A DNA stretch of 56,635 nt, counting the filler, from Dugesia japonica (taxonomy: Eukaryota), in assembly GCA_001938525.1 (NCBI GenBank). It is 5 parts of 5 records of this genome, joined end to end, with 100 filler letters (N's around TTAATTAATTAA, not from the genome) between each part and the next. Parts side by side here need not be neighbours in the genome. Positions count along the whole stretch, not along the records: positions 37,728 to 46,199 come from MQRL01261468.1; positions 46,300 to 56,635 come from MQRL01586048.1; 3 more parts are not named here. One strand, given 5' to 3'. Positions 38,769-52,671 of the stretch are shown piece after piece. The notes under the pieces are model-generated. The model was not told the DNA's origin. It saw only the letters and a program-made list of their open reading frames with translations, and searched no databases. The position numbers and the translations under genes were made by a program. Position 1 is the first letter of the stretch, and every line of letters starts with the position of its first letter.

Positions 38769-39074
38769 ATGAATCGTCCTTATTATCAAATCCATTGGGA
38801 AGAATACAATCCAAAAGATCCTTCATATAATTATTCGCATTGCGCAAATAGTGATGCTCCTTGTCAAAGTTTCTGCTCATATTATGACAACAGAGCTGCA
38901 TTTCCGTTGAATGCTGAAATTCATAATAATTGTATAAATAAATTGTCAATGACCGATAAGATGGGTGTTCCATTATGTGATTGGAATCCTCACGATGAAA
39001 ACTGTGGATACAATCCTCGTAAAAATTACGGTCTACCTATCGGTAAGGAATCATGTCCAATTAATAATGCTTAA
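38769..39074 (+). CDS. Possible 101-aa Cys/Tyr/Pro-rich ORF or exon, unknown function
   Basis: Open frame with protein-like composition in an otherwise very AT-rich region; no family recognised. Confidence 0.35.
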   Translation: MNRPYYQIHWEEYNPKDPSYNYSHCANSDAPCQSFCSYYDNRAAFPLNAEIHNNCINKLSMTDKMGVPLCDWNPHDENCGYNPRKNYGLPIGKESCPINNA

Positions 39075-39769
39075 GCAAAACAATAAATCATTTCTTAAAA
39101 AAAANNNNNNNNNNNNNNNNNNNNNNNNNNNNNNNNNNNNNNNNNNNNNNNNNNNNNNAATGCGTCTCAAACAACTTTTTAAAAACGAGACTTCATTTCA
39201 ATTGGCATTAATGTTATCACTATTAATAAAATCGTTATCAAACTGAATTTCGTTTTTATTTTAAAATAATTGACAATTTTTAGATGGCTTTCACACATTG
39301 TAAATTCTATTTCAATTTTAATTGATAGAATTTTTTGTAGAAAATTAACAAATAGCATTCATCATTCTACAGTAAAATATTCATAATTGTCAGATAAAAT
39401 TAATTCATCATAAATTTCTTTTATTTCGATAACATCTAAATTCAAATTAAATAATCTATTTAATAAATAAAAAATAATTAACTTTTAATAATATAATAAC
39501 ATTTAATTGCTCAAATTATAGTTAATTATCCATTTATAAAAGTATTTTTATAGATCAGAATTTAATTAAAATTCTTGACCTACTTAACAATTTTATTTAT
39601 TTCTCGATTTGGGATAACCACAATAATATTGATGATAATAATATGACATAATTAAAACAAAATCTTTACTAAGAAGCTAATTAATTATCGAATCGATTCG
39701 TAAAATGTTTTCAATTGTAAGACATTAAAAATCCGTAAAATTTTTCCAATTAATAAGTGTTCTTTATTC

Positions 39770-40762
39770 TAGGAAATGAACAATATTGAAATTCATTACA
39801 ATAATAAAATATTTGACAAAAATTATTTAATCAAAATTCAACATGGCGTGTTATAAACATCAGGCGAAGAGGACTCTTCATTTAAAATAAATTCATTAGT
39901 TGTTAACTCAATTTTAATAAGATTTTTCAAGTCTGGAAGGTAAATACCAAATAACACATTTGGAAATTGTCACAAGATTCATTTAGAAATAGCTAAGACA
40001 CTGAATATCTCAACTGCGTGAGTATATTGTATGTTACGTAGAGAATTAGATTGAAAAAGTTTACCACAAGATTTTGCGTTTGCTCATAGTTTGTCAAAAA
40101 TTAGTAGGAATGAACATTTCTCAAGAGTGTTTAAATCGTTCTCAGAAAAATGCAAATGATTTTGTGAGAGAATTTATTTTCATAGATGAGATATGAGTTC
40201 AAAATAACACTCCTGAAACTAAATAACAGTCTACACTTGAAATATTGGTATTATCCGCATCCAAAGAACATGGTGACTATGAAATCAGATATTATGGTTA
40301 TAGCATCAATTTTTTTGGATGCCAACAAAATTCTTTTGATAAATTATCTTCTAAAAAAATAAAAGTATTAATAAAGAATACTATGCACAACTATTGAATT
40401 TAATAAATAATGAAAAATGATCAAGTTTAAAGGGAAAAAAATTATTTTTCATCAAGATTTAGCGTCCACATACTGAAAATTTGCAAATACAATGATTTGA
40501 AGAACAATCTTATTCCAAGTTTCCTTCAGACTTTTATATGTTTTCAAAGATGAAATTTTTCCTTGAGGAAAGCGTTTTCCCACAGAAAAAGACGTTCATC
40601 GTAATAAAGATAATTTTGGAAGCCTTGACTAAAACCACTTTTGGAATGGTATAATGGCAGAAGTTTGCTAATCTTAAAGGAGATTATGTAGAAAAATAAA
40701 TTTATTTTTGCTACAATAATTTTTTTCTTTTTCAATTTGCGAACTTTTTAAACCAACGTCAT
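39770..40762 (+). mobile_element. Decayed mariner element
   Basis: MNISQECLNRSQKNANDFVREFIFIDEI*VQNNTPETK*QS, IASIFLDANKILLINYL, FFHQD and C-terminal LKGDYVEK*. Confidence 0.85.
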
Positions 40763-43700
40763 AATAACAAAGATAGAAACGTTGATTTTTCTAATTAATT
40801 AAATTATTTAGAAATCCCAAAAATTGGCGAATTAAAAATAAAAATAAGCATGCAACATTGAAAACAAATTTCAAGATAAAATCCCTGGAATTCCAAATTA
40901 CCTAATAAATACTAAATATACCCTGCTAACTAAGATATGGAAAATAGCGATTCAACCAAAAATGGTTGACACATTTGAAAAACAAATATTTCAAGGTTCG
41001 GATAATGTGAATGAATGCTTAAGTATTATTGAGAGTGTAACAAACCTTGTTTGGTTGTTTCATTTCTCTGTATTGTGACCGGATCAGCAGATTATCAAGA
41101 AGCTCAGTTACACATCACTTATCTTTGAAAGAAAAAGTATTTTTCTTCGAATAAGTAATCTATGATCTGCAATCATATTTCAAGCTCATTGTGTTTGAAT
41201 TTAATTTACAGGTTCAGAATGTTGTAAAGATAGGTTAACTAAATCTGCACTTTAAAACACCAACATTTAATATAAGTGTAGTTGGAATTAATATGAAAAT
41301 AGCCAGCTGAAGTTTTCGGTAATTCTCAGAATAGACCTCAACGTCAAACTTGCACGCAGAAATTTTGAAATTACTGAAAGCAAAAGTACACCTAAGGTGG
41401 GTGAACGTTATATAAAGCTGAACTTTCTTCCAGGAATACAGAATAGAGTAGGAATTTTTTTTAATTCTATACAGATTTTTCAAAGATCTCCGTAATATTA
41501 TGGAAGTGAATTCGGTCTAAATCAACCTTATAATTATGAGCACATGTTCTTCAGCTTAAGTATACAGTTCTCTTTTGTCTTAATCTGAGCTAACAAACTT
41601 GTCTGGCTGGAATTTCTAGAAAAACCAATCAGCTATTCTGACTGCAATATTTACTAACGCTAACTTGTCTATGTAAGCTAGTACAGATAAAATGACCAGC
41701 ACAATTAACTCCTTTACCAGAGGTCTTGGGGATTTTACTAATCACTGGATTAATAGCTATTAGCCATGATAAACAGTAGTATTGACAAAGAGAAATTCTG
41801 CCAAACACCTCTTATTTGCAATGGGCTTATGAAGGTCATATTACAAATACAGTTACCAGAGCAAAATGAATATAAACTCATAGTCAAACCAGATGTAGAT
41901 AGACATAGGTAACTTATAAACTTTCGGTGAACTAGATTGAACATTATTCATTATGTTTCCATGCTACGTAATGGAAAGAAATGTGCAAATTAAAATACTT
42001 TTAACCCAATTTGAAATGCCTAATAGTTGTGCAATTATTAGAACATTTATCGGACAAAGCTAGAAAAAGCGATATTTGGTCCAACACAGAGTAGTTGGTG
42101 TTTGATTTCACTTTTTGGTTCATTAGAAAAAGTCGACAACAGGTAACGCTTCAGCTGAGCATTGTTAATTTCAGAGCAAATGCTTATGGACGTATTGCAA
42201 TATCTAGTAGGACCAAGAATTATGGGTTCTTGTGAGATTTATTATTTCCTTACAAAATATTTATTTTTTTATATATTTATATTATACGCTCATAAAACGC
42301 TAAATTCCATTGACTTCAGCGTTCATGAATTACATAATAGAAAACTGAAGTCTTTAAGTCAAGAATATCACATTTGCAAAATGTAACAAGGTAGAGTAGA
42401 GATTGGATATGAAAAATGTTTAGGTAAGTTAATTCGACAATCCCTCGGTGCTTTTTTAATTTTTGAGCAGGTTCCTGACATTAAGTTCCAGTTGAAATCA
42501 ACTTATATATTCGATTTGATTGGTAATCAATTTCATCAGATGTTCTTCTAGATCCAAATCTTTCTGACTAATCAGTTCAGAAAAGCTAGAGTGACCAAGG
42601 GTTAAACATCAATTATTGTGTTAATGATAGATTTCTAAGCACCATGCTTAGTGAAATTTGGTGATTGCTTATTCAATATAAGAAGAGCTTTGGGGTTAAG
42701 ACCAAAACAGTGAATACTTTATACTATCTAGAATTCCAACTGCTAAGGAATTTAATGATGAAGGCATATTTTATTTTCTTGAGACCTGATATTAACAGGT
42801 AACATGTTAGTTCAATTTAGCTATTGAGACACAATTTGTGTAAGTAATATGTACTGGGAGATATTTTAGTTTGGATATGATTAAAACAGAAAAGAATATG
42901 TTGAGCTTAAAATATAGAATTTAACTTGTGGCAGATTTCATCTCGACTACGAATATGAATGGTAGTGTGAGACTCACTCACGGCTAACTATGAGACGGAT
43001 GTGACCAAATATTGCAGAATCAAAAGGTATAGTTGAGGGTTTTTAGAGATAGGAATCGATTTTTAAGATGTATTTGATTGAGCCAATTATGCGCTTTAGA
43101 GATTAAAGGAAGATTAAACAGATTTAATTGGCTCCGTGAATACTTATTAGAGTCGTTAAACTTACCATAAGTTCTTTTTAAACTTTGAAAAGTGTGGAGC
43201 ATCAATTTTATGATATATTTAGTCTTATACTACCTAGATTCACTGGAAAGTAAGGATAATTGTTTTATGTAGTTATAAGATGCCCCAGATTTTCTTGATA
43301 CGCTTCCTTACTTTCGTCTCAAAACCCATGCGAAAGACTGTATTGTCAGTTTTGTAGTTTCTGTAATTATCAAATTTTCCATTAAGAATTTTGAAGGTTT
43401 GAGGTACAACAAATAGACGAGAATGTTGTAATATCTTTTATGTATATACCTTGTTCTAGGTCAACAGCATTTAATCAGTGGTTTTGCCAGTAGAAAATAA
43501 CACGGGATTCGATTCACCCACAAATTTCGTGAGCAAATCTGAAATCAATTCCCAGAAAAACTAACAAACAATTAACCATTCCATAGAATAAACTGGATTC
43601 ACTAGAATAAAATCGTGTGCAAGCTGCAAATCAGCAGTAGTAAATCAGTATTGAAATTAACAGTGAAAATCAGAGTAGAGTTCATTTGTCAAACAGTTAC

Positions 43701-44862
43701 AATATTCTCTCCCAGAAAATTTAAAGATCATTTGCCAAAGTCAATCGTGTGCAAAAACAGAGAAAAAAATGAGGAATTCTGATCAATAAATCCCAAATAG
43801 AATTATCAAAGCACATATTCAAGGAGAGAATTTCTACAATTTTAAGAAGTTTGTGTGCAGAAAACTAATTACATAATTCTTCTTCAAAATACATTTCACT
43901 CAGTAAAACTTTGCAATCGACAATGAAATTCACATTTCAACGAGAGAAGAAAATAATTAGCCATATTGATCGTAATCTTAATTTTTGGTTAGAATTTGTC
44001 TATTTTTATTTAATTTATTGCAGCTTGATCTGATCTCATCCGAGATTAATTCCTGATTATTCTTCGAAGAGATGAGAAAAATTTTTCTTACAATTACTGC
44101 CCAACCATATTCCAGATCTTCCATGAATTATTTAAGACAGTATCAATGAAAATTAAATGTCAGCAAGTGTGGTTACAAGCCACACCGATACTACTATCAA
44201 GTCTTGACTACAGAAAGTACGTGGAAAGACAAGAAAGTCCCTAAAATAATATTCCCGAACTTCACTCATAAATAATTTATTCTAAAACCTATCGAAAGAA
44301 AGATGTCTTGACAAACAACTAATATTATGATAATACTCCCACGAACGCTCCATTATCTGATATACCACCACGATTAGGTACTGATTATTTCAGAATTTAT
44401 TTAAAAATGAACAATGATTGATCTGATATTTATTATTCAATAAACATTGATTTATCGAAGTTTATTTTACTTGCATATGGGTACAGGAAAGCATCAATTA
44501 AGCATGATCAATCAAGAGATCCTAACACTCTATGCGGATTTTTTTAAAATTCAAAGTAAATCGGTATGTGTCTGCACTTCCTGGAGAAGTCAATAGTCTC
44601 ATAGCGGCCGGGTAAATCATGGACGGGTGTGACCAATGACACCTAGACAAAATATCCTAAAATATAACCACCCACATGCCAACATTTATTATTATTATTA
44701 TTATTTTAAAAAATTTGTTTAAATTATAATTGAATAATCCTTAACAAAAATGAATAATAGGAAAACTTTCAAAAATATTTAGTATGTATGAATATTTATT
44801 TTAAAATAACTATTCATTGGTTTAGACAATAAATACGGTTTCTATTTTAAAAAATTTCATTA

Positions 44863-45882
44863 TTATTCCATTATTTCACGGATTTCATCCTCTGAAATAT
44901 TGTCTAATAAACTGGTTTTTGAATTGTTATTAGTATTTAAAATACATTTACCAGAAATGGAAATTACTTCATTTCTGGCGTTATTGGATGTCATAATTGT
45001 CGGTATTTTGTCTGATACAGATTTAGAAATTTTATTTGATGGCATTTTATTACTAGCAGTATTACATGATACAGTGGATTTGTAACAATTTTCATCTTCT
45101 GATGAATCCTCAAGTTCACTCTCTTGATAAAGAGCATATTCATGACACAAATCCTCTACATTGTCGTGAGCTTCAAGGAATTCCGATTCTTCCATTCCTT
45201 CTCCAACATACCAATGAAGAAAAGCTGATCGACGATACATTGCTAAAAACTGACTGTGAACCCTTTCAAACATGTGACGTATAGATGTATTATTGGCAAT
45301 AAATGTGGCCGACACTCGAAATCCTCTTGGAGGAATATCACAAACTGCAGTTTTTACATTTGACGGAATCCAGTCTACATACTGAGATTGATGTTTGTTT
45401 TGAACTTTTAACATATTTTCTTCAACTTCTTTCGTTGAAACTCGACCCCGAAATACTGTAGCAACTGTCAGATATTTTCCAAAAGCTGGATTACAATCTG
45501 TCATCATGTTTTTCTCTTGGAACATTTCATTAATTAACATATTTACGTTTACTTCGTTTTTATATTGGCTGTTTAAACGACTTGTTAAAGGTGCAAATCC
45601 TGGAATTAAAAAATGCAATCGAGGAAATGGAACCATGTTAACTGCTAACTTTCTTAAATCAGCATTTAACTGTCCAGGAAATCTTAAACATGTCGTAATA
45701 CCCGATACTGTATTTCCCAGTAAATGATTTAAATCTTCATATGTCGGATTACTTAAACAAAGTTTGTTTCGACATATTCTATACAACGCTTCATTATCAA
45801 TACAAAAAGTTTCATCAGAGAAGGAACAAAGATAGCTAGCAGCCAACGTGCAATTGTACGGTTCAACAACCGTTTCAGATAT
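44863..45882 (-). CDS. Divergent beta-tubulin, terminal exon, with a ~73-aa C-terminal extension
   Basis: [76 protein letters not shown]; phase-0 acceptor at 45882; upstream exons absent from the scaffold. Confidence 0.93.
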   Translation of the reverse strand: MSETVVEPYNCTLAASYLCSFSDETFCIDNEALYRICRNKLCLSNPTYEDLNHLLGNTVSGITTCLRFPGQLNADLRKLAVNMVPFPRLHFLIPGFAPLTSRLNSQYKNEVNVNMLINEMFQEKNMMTDCNPAFGKYLTVATVFRGRVSTKEVEENMLKVQNKHQSQYVDWIPSNVKTAVCDIPPRGFRVSATFIANNTSIRHMFERVHSQFLAMYRRSAFLHWYVGEGMEESEFLEAHDNVEDLCHEYALYQESELEDSSEDENCYKSTVSCNTASNKMPSNKISKSVSDKIPTIMTSNNARNEVISISGKCILNTNNNSKTSLLDNISEDEIREIME

Positions 45883-46199
45883 CTTAATGAGATAATGAAA
45901 TAATATAATTATAAATTCAAATAANNNNNNNNNNNNNNNNNNNNNNNNNNNNNNNNNNNNNNNNNNNNNNNNTAGTTGAGTTTGATTCAAAGATTGTCTT
46001 TTAAATAAATATATAATACTCTTATAATGGCGATAATAATTATTGGACTTCAATAAGTTTAAATATCAGAATGTTGTTTTTTTGTTGTTACTATTGCGAA
46101 TTTACGACAATAGTCTTCTTCGGGTATTTCAGTCGATTGGAATCGTCTATAATTTGTTTATAATGTCCACTATGTATAAAGTACACATATTGTACAAGC

Positions 46200-46299
46200 N
46201 NNNNNNNNNNNNNNNNNNNNNNNNNNNNNNNNNNNNNNNNNNNTTAATTAATTAANNNNNNNNNNNNNNNNNNNNNNNNNNNNNNNNNNNNNNNNNNNN
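46200..46299. other. Artificial scaffold-joining spacer
   Basis: 44N + TTAATTAATTAA + 44N. Confidence 0.97.
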
Positions 46300-47239
46300 G
46301 GGGAATTGTTCGTTATTGCTTGAGAATTAAAATCGGACGCATTAATTAAATTCATAAAATTTATTCAAATATAAAATGATAATAAAAACCATTTTATGTT
46401 TCATTTGTTAATATTTTTATGATTTTAGTATCTTCCCTTTATTTAAAATTAATTAATTTAAAATAGTTTTTTAAACTTTAACATATTTTAATTTAAATTT
46501 TCTGTGTTGTCTTTTGTAATAAACAAACTATTAAATATTTCAGCTCTTTTCATAAATATAAAATTATAAGTAATAGAAAATTATCCGTAATTAACTCTAA
46601 AATTATCTAACCACGGCTTGAATGTTTTCACATCCATATCATTAATATTTATAACTTGATAAATTAATTTAATTCAATAAATCAATAATTAATTTCCCAA
46701 TCGATAAATTCAACAAAAAACCAAAGTTTAACGAGAAATTAAATTCTGTTAATTATCAATCAAAAAATCTTTGTAAAAATTTCATATATAAATATAATCT
46801 ATTAGATATACTAACGATTTTTATTACGATAAATTTAATTAATTAATAAAAAAATAATGACAAGTTTTTAAATGCCATTTCAAGTATTATATATTTTTAT
46901 CAAACGTTTCGACTGAAAATCCGTCATAAAACGTTTTAATCTATTTAAAAGTTCTTATTTATTAAAATTCTGGTTACATAATAAATTATGTAATCTCTTC
47001 AACAATTNATATTAATTAAAAACATTCAATAAATACCTTAAAAGACCTACCTGAACATTATTTTTTGGATCAATCGATGAAATCATCAATGCCTCGCACA
47101 GAGCTCCTTCTGAATAATCTTTATTATTTCTGCANNNNNNNNNNNNNNNNNNNNNNNNNNNNNNNNNNNNNNNNNNNNNNNNNNNNNNNNNNNNNNNNNN
47201 NNNNNNNNNNNNNNNNNNNNNNNNNNNNNNNCGTATCAT

Positions 47240-48420
47240 TTGACATATTACATAATGATATCAAGAAGAAGAATTGAAATTCAAAAATTATGGAAAAACA
47301 ATAACACCAGCTTTCGTAATATATGCATATATTAAAGCTGTTTTTTACCAGAAGAAGATGGTAGTCTAGTAAAATATGTGCCTATAGCTGTAGGGCTGTT
47401 ATTGATTCCTTTACTAGATGTAGCAAAAGAATACAAGAATTAATCGTTTTCTGGTAAAAACTGTATGGTTGAGATTTTACACTTTATTGGTGAGTTTTCA
47501 GAGAATGTTGTGGCCCCTCGGTATAAGAAAAATATCTGTACAGAAATGAACTTGAAAATAACAGAACAAGATAACCTTATGAAAAGTATATATTGCTATA
47601 TGTGTGGAAGCAAAAAAAACTAGTTCGTGATCATGATCACTATACTCGCGTGACTGTAGTACATAGAATAATTCTGTTAAAACAAGCGGAAATATTTGCC
47701 AATTGTATCAGTGCACATTTTGCAGGAAGAGCAGAATCAAAGTCAAAATTTGAAAAATATTTCTACAAATTATTAAATAACGAGCTAGATGGTAAGACAG
47801 TGGATACTTTTATAAAGAGCATGGATCTCCAGCTATCTAACAATAAGAAGAAATTTGTAATTTACACCAGCAAAATTACATTTAAAAAACCAATGGATAT
47901 CGCAGAAGAACTCAAGACTGTATTGTTAGAAAAATATACTATATATCTAGATAGGCCGAGTTATATTGGCCAGGTGGTTATAGATTTGAGTTAATTGCGA
48001 ATGTATATGTTTCAATATTGAAAAATATCGTTAATAATTTCATTGCAAATTTGATATAATTTCTAGGGATATGGATAGTTTTTTCTTATCGTGTATCGGA
48101 GTAGATAAAAACCAACTATTGNNNNNNNNNNNNNNNNNNNNNNNNNNNNNNNNNNNNNNNNNNNNNNNNNNNNNNNNNNNNNNNNNNNNNNNNNNNNNNN
48201 NNNNNNNNNNNNNNNNNNNNNNNNNNNNNNNNNNNNNNNNNNNNNNNNNNNNNNNNNNNNNNNNNNNNNNNNNNNNNNNNNNNNNNNNNNNNNNNNNNNN
48301 NNNNNNNNNNNGGGATACGTTCCATGTCATCTGAAAACCGTGTAAGATGAAATAAAGAACTATATGTAATTCGAAAACCATGTAAAAAAGGGGTGAAAAC
48401 TATAAAATATCTGATATGCA
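47240..48420 (+). mobile_element. Polinton/Maverick-type protein-primed PolB fragment, internally deleted
   Basis: PAFVIYA, CYMC..VRDHDHYT (EndoVII-like), then FEKYFYKLLNNELDGKT (motif B), LDRPSYIGQVVIDLS, RDMDSFF (YxDTDS-like) and a possible KGVK. Confidence 0.8.
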
Positions 48421-48423
48421 TAC

Positions 48424-49490
48424 TAGTGTTTCTTAAACGGGATCCTGGGATCCTGGGGGTAAAATTGAGAGCGGGATATCCCGGGATTTAAGTAATATAT
48501 CCCGGGAAACCAATTTCTTTGTTTAATTTAAACGCTTATATTTTTGGATTTCCCTTTTTATTTTACTATTCAATTTTTTACATTTGATAAATTATTTTTG
48601 TAATTATGTAAAATAGTTTATTCATAAACATAAACGAACGTGTAGAGTGCATTGCAGATTGAAACTTTGAAAAACAAGTTAGTCATTTATAGCTTATTTA
48701 ATTTATTTGAAATAATTCTAAGTTAAATGCATACATTTAAACGCATCAAAATCGAAAAGTAAGTAAGAACATTTTGTAAAAGTATTTTTGTTTTATAATG
48801 ATATTTTTATTTAATTTATCGATTATTTTATTATCTTGCGACTACTACTAGTAGTCTACTACTATAAAAAGTCGATTTAATTAGTTTTATGTTGCGATGC
48901 TAGAGAGATTCTTTGAATTAAAAACATGTGTATTAAAGGCAATGATCAATTTAAAAGAATCTCTCTATATTTCCAATATGCAGTAATGAAGACAATAACA
49001 AAGTCGTTACAGCCAATAAAAATTGGAATAGTAAGGATTGGAAGATACAATGCTACTTTACTTGACGCTGAAGGCGTATTCATATTTATCTTCAACGACT
49101 TAGCTAGAGTGAAAAATTGGATTTCTACTAAAATGCTCTAATCTGTGCAGCAAAGAATTCAAGAACGCAGAAATATAAATTTAGTTGGCTAAAACTTTTA
49201 AACAGCCCGTCAAATTATCATTATAAATCGGAAGATATCAATTCCAAATTGGTCTTGCCCGCCGAATATGCATTACATGCAACAGCTAAAAAACTTTTCA
49301 CTAGGCTTTACATTGAGGATGCTAGTGATACTTCGGCATAAAATCAAGTAATAGATTAGAGTCGTGGTTATGAAGACGACATTTCATTGATAACTCAGCC
49401 AGCTGCCTCAAGATCATTTAGTGAAGTTGATTTAACACATCGATTGAATCGGAAAGTGCGTTCTTTGCAGTGGGACTGATTAAAAAAAGA
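48424..49490 (+). mobile_element. hAT-like DNA transposon fragment (terminus plus part of the transposase)
   Basis: TAG start with clustered CGGGAT/ATCCCG subterminal motifs; LQPIKIGIVRIGRYNATLLDAEGVFIFIF..QRIQERRN. Confidence 0.65.
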
Positions 49491-49491
49491 G

Positions 49492-50620
49492 AAATGATTC
49501 ACCATACCTTTACCAAATGTTAGACCTTCACCAATTAAACTAGCAGTTAGCTGACATATCTCGGGCTCCTCGTCGTTATCGCTATTATGGTTCTCATTAT
49601 TACCATCATCTGCTACTAATTCAATCAGATAATCCACATCTAGAGTTTCATCTATCATCAATTCATTGACGTCTTTAATTTGTAGATCCTCAAATCCTTC
49701 TCCTCCGATTTCGTGTGCCAAGGCTATAATTTTAGAAGACTCCATTGATGTTTGGGGCACTGAGTTACCACTATTGACGTATTCTGGCCAAAGTACTTTC
49801 CAGCAGGCATTTAATGTTGATACTCTTAACTTCTCTGTGGCCATTGAAGCATAAGTAAAGCAATCCAAAATCGAATATTTTTTCCATGCATCAATGATTG
49901 CGACGTTGTCTTTCTTCACTGCATCTAAAATATGTTGGAATGCTCGTTGAATATAGTTAAGCTTAAACGTAGCAAGTATACCCTGATCTAATGGTTTAAT
50001 CAAGGAAGTGGTATTAAGAGGCAAAAAGGTTACTTAAACATTTGGATGCTCTAATACCGGATAACTNGGCGCATTATATACGATCAAAACCACTTTAAAA
50101 TTGAGATATTGGTGCTCCATATATTTTTTAATTTCAGGAACAAAGAATTCTTCAAACCATTCTGTAAATAGATCTGCTGTCATCCAAGCCTTTTTATTCG
50201 CCCCCTAATGAACCGGCAACTGTTGAATGTTTTTTCCTTTCAAAGCACGTGGCATTAATTCTCGGTTAATTAAAAGAGGCTTTAAAAATTTATCACCAGA
50301 TGCGTTGCTACACAGTAAAAAAAGTCACCCGATCTTTAGCAACTTTAAAACCACTTGCAATTTTTTCAGATTTTGCTATAAAGGTTCTGGCAGGCATTTC
50401 TTTCCAGAGCAGACTCGTTTCATTGGCATTGAAAATTCGTTCGGGAACATAGCCCCATTTTCAATTATTTTGGCTAGTTTTACTGGAAAGGTTTTAGCAG
50501 CCTTTTCATCTGCTGATGCAATTTCTCCATTAATGTTTAAATTATGAAATGCATTTCTTTTAAAAATCCCGTTAGCCATCCATCACTAGCAGAAAATTCT
50601 TTCCTCCTATCTTGCTTTGA
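49492..50620 (-). mobile_element. Tigger/TIGD1-like pogo transposase, decayed
   Basis: FSASDGWL, GEIASADEKAA, IFNANET, LCSNASGD, NKKAWMT..FTEWF, LPLNTTSLIKPLDQGILATFK. Confidence 0.92.
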
Positions 50621-52564
50621 TCTAAATAAAATAAAAAAACGCAAAATAAAAAATGCAAAATAAGCATTGAAGAGTTTACAGNNNNNNNNNNNNNNNNNNN
50701 NNNNNNNNNNNNNNNNNNNNNNNNNNNNNNNNNNNNNNNNNNNNNNNNNNNNNNNNNNNNNNNNNNNNNNNNNNNNNNNNNNNNNNNNNNNNNNNNNNNN
50801 NNNNNNNNNNNNNNNNNNNNNNNNNNNNNNNNNNNNNNNNNNNNNNNNNNNNNNNNNNNNNNNNATAAGATTAAAATAAATTTAAAAGTGAATGTGTGTC
50901 AATCTGAATATTAAGAATCGGATTATGCAACCCAATTCCCAAAGCCTCATACGCAATTCTTTCAAAACAGTTACCAAAACCGCTATTCAAAACTGTAAAC
51001 TCATCAATGCTTATTTTGTCTTTTTAAATAACATAGTACATGAATCATAATGAAATATTTTAAATCTATTTTTTAAATAATATGTTGAAATTATTACGAT
51101 GTTGTGAAGGAAATTATTATTACAAAAAATTATTAATAATATAAAGCAATGATAAATATATAAATATAAATGATAAAAAATATATATGACACATGCACAA
51201 GGAGCTTTGATTAAGGGGCTGCACATTTTCTTAAATTATATTTAAAATATTTTGTGCTAATTTTATTTTAAGTATTTAAAATAAACTTGATTATAAGATG
51301 TTGTAATTTATAATGATAATATGGACTAAAATTAATATGAATTTCTTTAATTGTGATTTTTCAAGCATTTTCAATGGCGATAAATTTTATATCTTACTTA
51401 ATTGGTTTCAATCGACACTTACGTTGGGTAGGTATAAATTCCTTTTTCATATAATTATCATTATATTTTCAGTATTTTAACTAAATGTAATGTAGAAAAA
51501 GTAAACAAAGATTTATTTATGGATAAGAGAAAAAGCTATCTGGTTTTGAATATCGTAAGCGAAAAGTTCAAAAGAAAATGTCCATGAAAAAGCAAAAGGT
51601 AGTTTAACAAAATATCTTACCACAGCACCTCAAGTCGAAACAATTTCGTAAAGATTAGATTACTAAATTCTTATTTTCTTATTAATAAGTCTTATTGTTA
51701 ATTAATTGAAATCGGATTTGAATCGAATTTATTGTTGATGGATTCAATGAACTGTTAAATATCANNNNNNNNNNNNNNNNNNNNNNNNNNNNNNNNCAAT
51801 ATTTTTATTATTAAATAGTTTAAAAAATAAAATGAGGCAGCAAAATTTTAATGTGAACTGGTGTCACTATTAAACTACTATTCTCGGAAGGATCTAAATC
51901 ACTAAAATGCTCCTTCATGAAATATTTTGATGATAATAAATTTAGATTAATTTTCATTTCAAAGAAAATCTTAAGTTATTTAAGCAACANNNNNNNNNNN
52001 NNNNNNNNNNNNNNNNNNNNNNNNNNNNNNNNNNNNNNNNNNNNNNNNNNNNNNNNNNNNNNNNNNNNNNNNNNNNNNNNNNNNNNNNNNNNNNNNNNNN
52101 NNNNNNNNNNNNNNNNNNNNNNNNNNNNNNNNNNNNNNNNNNNNNNNNNNNNNNNNNNNNNNNNNNNNNNNNNNNNNNNNNNNNNNNNNNNNNNNNNNNN
52201 NNNNNNNNNNNNNNNNNNNNNNNNNAGGCAATAATGAATTGTCTAATTATGTTCAGCTTTCTTTTGAAATTAAAAAACTATAATTTTTTGTTCAAATCGA
52301 TTAATAATAGATTATTTATTTTCTTAATTAGGAAAGATAATAGTTAAAAAAACATTCATTAAAAATTTCATTAATTATTCTATTCCTATTAAAATTTTAT
52401 ATTATAAAAAATTTAACGATACATTTTATAGGAGGTGCAGTTGCAATTTTGATGTTAAAACATGCACCCATGCTTTAACATCAAAATTATACTGTCTAAA
52501 TCGATTACACAAATTATATTTTAAGTATAACATTATAATTAATTTTTCTAATTTAATAATATAA

Positions 52565-52671
52565 TGAATAATAAATAAATGAGTGAATAATTAATTAATA
52601 AATGAATAATTAATAAATGAATGAATAATTAATAAATGAATGAATAATTAATAAATGAATGAATAATTAAT
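52565..52671. repeat. AT-rich minisatellite (~19-bp AATAATTAATAAATGAATG)
   Basis: Repeated units running into an N gap. Confidence 0.8.

Noticed and set aside
40880-43430. Very degenerate retroelement-like coding region (possible integrase before RT)
   Set aside because: Only faint motif traces; no diagnostic motif could be read confidently
47012-47133. GIY-YIG-like C-terminal peptide (EALMISSIDPKNNVQ)
   Set aside because: Too short and truncated by a gap
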